Below are positions 61,707-64,000 of a stretch of 64,000 bases of DNA, piece by piece. The notes beneath the pieces were generated by a model, which was given only the letters and a program-made list of their open reading frames with translations, had not been told where the DNA came from and did no database searches. Source of the stretch: Nitrosopumilus sp. Its GTDB lineage: Archaea > Thermoproteota > Nitrososphaeria > Nitrososphaerales > Nitrosopumilaceae. Location of the stretch: positions 1,248,001 through 1,312,000 of the forward strand of contig OY759726.1 of assembly GCA_963662625.1 (NCBI GenBank), in the 5' to 3' direction. The position numbers and the translations under genes are program-made. Positions within the stretch are counted from its first letter, which is position 1. Each line of letters begins with the position of its first letter.

Positions 61707-62465
61707 TTGAAGATAGAGGAGTTCATGAAGACCCTTCCTGAGGGGATAGTCAGCGGGGAGGACGTGGCCCTGCCGGAGGGATCCCTGAGGGACGCCTTCA
61801 GGCTCGCGGGGCTGGGCAGCGGGGACGTCTTCTACCACCTGGGGTGCGGCGACGGGAAGGGGGTGTCCATCGCGGTCCGGGAGTTTGGCGTGAAAAGGGC
61901 CGTGGGCATCGACATCGACCCGGGCAAGATCCGGAGCGCCAGGGACAGCGCCGGCGACGGCGGCCCGAGGTGGGATTTCTTATGCGAGGACGTCAGGGAC
62001 TCTGACATCTCGGATGCGACCGTGGTCCTGTTCTGGTTTACTGACGAGGGCGTCACCGAGGCCATGATGAAGAAATTCGAGGGGATGGGGCCCGGGACGA
62101 GGATCGTCACCGTGTGGGGGCCGCTGCCGGGCTGCCTGCCGGACAGGGTGGAATTCCCGTACATCGTAAACGGGGCCCCGCTCAAGAGGGCGGACAGCCT
62201 CCAGGAACAGCTGCTGGCGGTCTTTGGCGTCAAGTGCGTGGACTTTGTGACGGCGTGGGAGTTCGCGGAGAGGTACACCAAGGCCATCGCTTCCCCCGGG
62301 ATCCAAAACGACCGGTTCCTGACCATCATCCAGACCCTGGTGATATGGATCAGCGCAAGGAACCTGGGGGTCGCGTGCGGCGAGGGGATCCCGGAGTCCA
62401 TCCGGACGTACATCGGCATCATGAAGGAGCACTTTGACATCGACTTCGGGCACCTGCTGGAGTGA
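61707..62465 (+). CDS. Class I SAM-dependent methyltransferase
   Basis: FYHLGCGDG, GIDID, DISDATVV. Confidence 0.85.
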   Translation: MKIEEFMKTLPEGIVSGEDVALPEGSLRDAFRLAGLGSGDVFYHLGCGDGKGVSIAVREFGVKRAVGIDIDPGKIRSARDSAGDGGPRWDFLCEDVRDSDISDATVVLFWFTDEGVTEAMMKKFEGMGPGTRIVTVWGPLPGCLPDRVEFPYIVNGAPLKRADSLQEQLLAVFGVKCVDFVTAWEFAERYTKAIASPGIQNDRFLTIIQTLVIWISARNLGVACGEGIPESIRTYIGIMKEHFDIDFGHLLE

Positions 62466-62713
62466 CCGGGCCAGCCGGGCCGGGCCCGCGCGACCCGATC
62501 TGGCCCCCTCCGGGCCGGGACTCTGGCCCGCGAGCCGGCGATCGGGGGACGGATCCGGCCGCCGGCGCCCCCCGCCGCAGGCCACCGATCCGGACGGGAA
62601 CGCATCCGCGGGCCCGCCCCCGGCGCGCCGTATTGGGTGAAAAGATTTTACATATGTGGCAGACCCCCTTTGTTAAAATACATAAATACCAAGATTGTTG
62701 CTGTTCAAATAGG

Positions 62714-63565
62714 ATGAAACCGAAATATTCAACCGCATCGGCGGTGCTACTCCTGATGGCCTTGTCGGCGGTCTCGGTGGCGGCGATCCAGCAGGACGCC
62801 TTTGCCCAGACCACGGGGATGTCCGTCACGGCAATGGCAGACAAGGGATCGGACAAGATAATGGTCAGCGGGCAGACGATGTCGCAGCTTGACGTTGCGT
62901 TCAAGGTCACCTCGCCAAGCGGCAACAATGTGGTTGGTATTGACCAAGTAACACCTGACACGGCCGGGAACTTTAACACTACATTCGTAGTGGGCGACAC
63001 GTGGAATGAGAACGGCTTTTACTCCATAACGGCGAAGCAGGGAAGCTCCCTGCTGTACAACATGACCGTGTTCGTCGAGGTGACCGACGGGATGACCGAG
63101 GACACAATGGCCACCCAGTCCAGCCTTGAGATCCCTACGTTCGGCCCGGTGGATGACGGCATGGCCGCACCCGGCGGCCTCTCCATACAGGCAGACGCGG
63201 TCGTGGGCTCCACCACAATCGGGGTCACCGGCACGACCGACAGGGTGAACACGGACGTGACGTTCACCGTGACGTCGCCCAACGGAAACCGCGTCGGGGT
63301 AGGCCAGGTGACGCCGGGACTCACCGGCGAGTTCGCGCTGGACATTACCACCGGCGGCTCGCTGTGGAAGCAGGACGGTGACTATGCCGTCTCGGCCCAG
63401 CAGGGGAGCGACCCCGCATACAGCGATTCGGTCATGGTCGAGATCAAGGACGGCGTAATAGTTCCAGAGTTTGGCACGATCGCGGCAATGGTGCTTGCGG
63501 TGGCAATCATATCGATAATCGCGGTCACCGCGAGGTCGAGACTGAGCGTCATGCCGAGATACTAG
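62714..63565 (+). CDS. Secreted PEFG-CTERM protein with two Ig-like repeats
   Basis: Signal peptide; duplicated VTSP[SN]GN.V...QVTP module; IVPEFGTIAAMVL TM plus basic tail. Confidence 0.9.
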   Translation: MKPKYSTASAVLLLMALSAVSVAAIQQDAFAQTTGMSVTAMADKGSDKIMVSGQTMSQLDVAFKVTSPSGNNVVGIDQVTPDTAGNFNTTFVVGDTWNENGFYSITAKQGSSLLYNMTVFVEVTDGMTEDTMATQSSLEIPTFGPVDDGMAAPGGLSIQADAVVGSTTIGVTGTTDRVNTDVTFTVTSPNGNRVGVGQVTPGLTGEFALDITTGGSLWKQDGDYAVSAQQGSDPAYSDSVMVEIKDGVIVPEFGTIAAMVLAVAIISIIAVTARSRLSVMPRY

Positions 63566-64000
63566 CCTCACATCTTTTTCCTTTTTTAGGACGCGCGTGC
63601 GCACGGAGCAGGCGCGCCCCGGGGATGCGGCGCCACACGGCGCGCGGCGGCGGAAAGCCGCCGGCCCCGAAAAACCTGGACGCCCCGCGGTGACGCGGCA
63701 CTGGGTGCCGAAGGCGGGCCGGGACCGCACGGGGGGCGGCTCCCCGCGGAGGCGACTGAAAACGGCGGCGTACGTCATCGGGCCCGCGGACACGGCAGGC
63801 GCGAAACCGGCGCGGATCCGAACTTGTACCTGCGCCCGGACCCGCCGCGGACGCGCTTCGCTCCAGGCAGTGGCCCCGGAACCCGCTCGTGCCCGGGGGC
63901 GTGCGCCCCGCCCACGCGGACGCGGCATGGCGCACGGACGCCGCGTCCTGGCCGGCGCCGCCACCGCACGCTGCACCCTGCAGCTTGGTGGCTGCAGCAA

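Overview
The window is archaeal chromosomal DNA, most consistent with a high-GC member of the Nitrosopumilaceae (Thaumarchaeota), possibly host-associated. That placement is inferred from gene content: PEFG-CTERM protein, S-layer-like repeats, transketolase-Rpe fusion, aEF-1beta, CDC48, ABCE1, an unlinked 5S rRNA and an intron-containing tRNA-Leu. The backbone is housekeeping: tetrapyrrole/heme genes, sufC, translation and tRNA-modification genes, non-oxidative pentose phosphate genes, CorA, three tRNAs and 5S rRNA. Three accessory blocks interrupt it. (1) About 5.8-11.3 kb: an AbiE-like HTH plus nucleotidyltransferase pair and a 1.2k-aa mosaic surface protein, sitting inside the heme cluster. 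(2) About 15.6-27 kb: an AT-rich defence island with hicBA, type I hsdR/hsdS/hsdM, a PIN-domain gene embedded between hsdM and hsdS, a PD-(D/E)XK-DGQHR(DndB-like) fusion and a beta-class DNA methyltransferase with an extra C-terminal domain. A truncated host-GC copy of the same methyltransferase lies just upstream. (3) An ISH3-like IS with perfect TIRs and a 5-bp TSD. An IS481-like remnant opens the window. The best candidate for an undescribed system is the methyltransferase plus nuclease-DGQHR pair co-oriented with the PIN-containing type I RM locus. Several small unannotated Zn-finger and membrane peptides were read directly from the sequence. All calls are motif-based by eye; no database searches were run.
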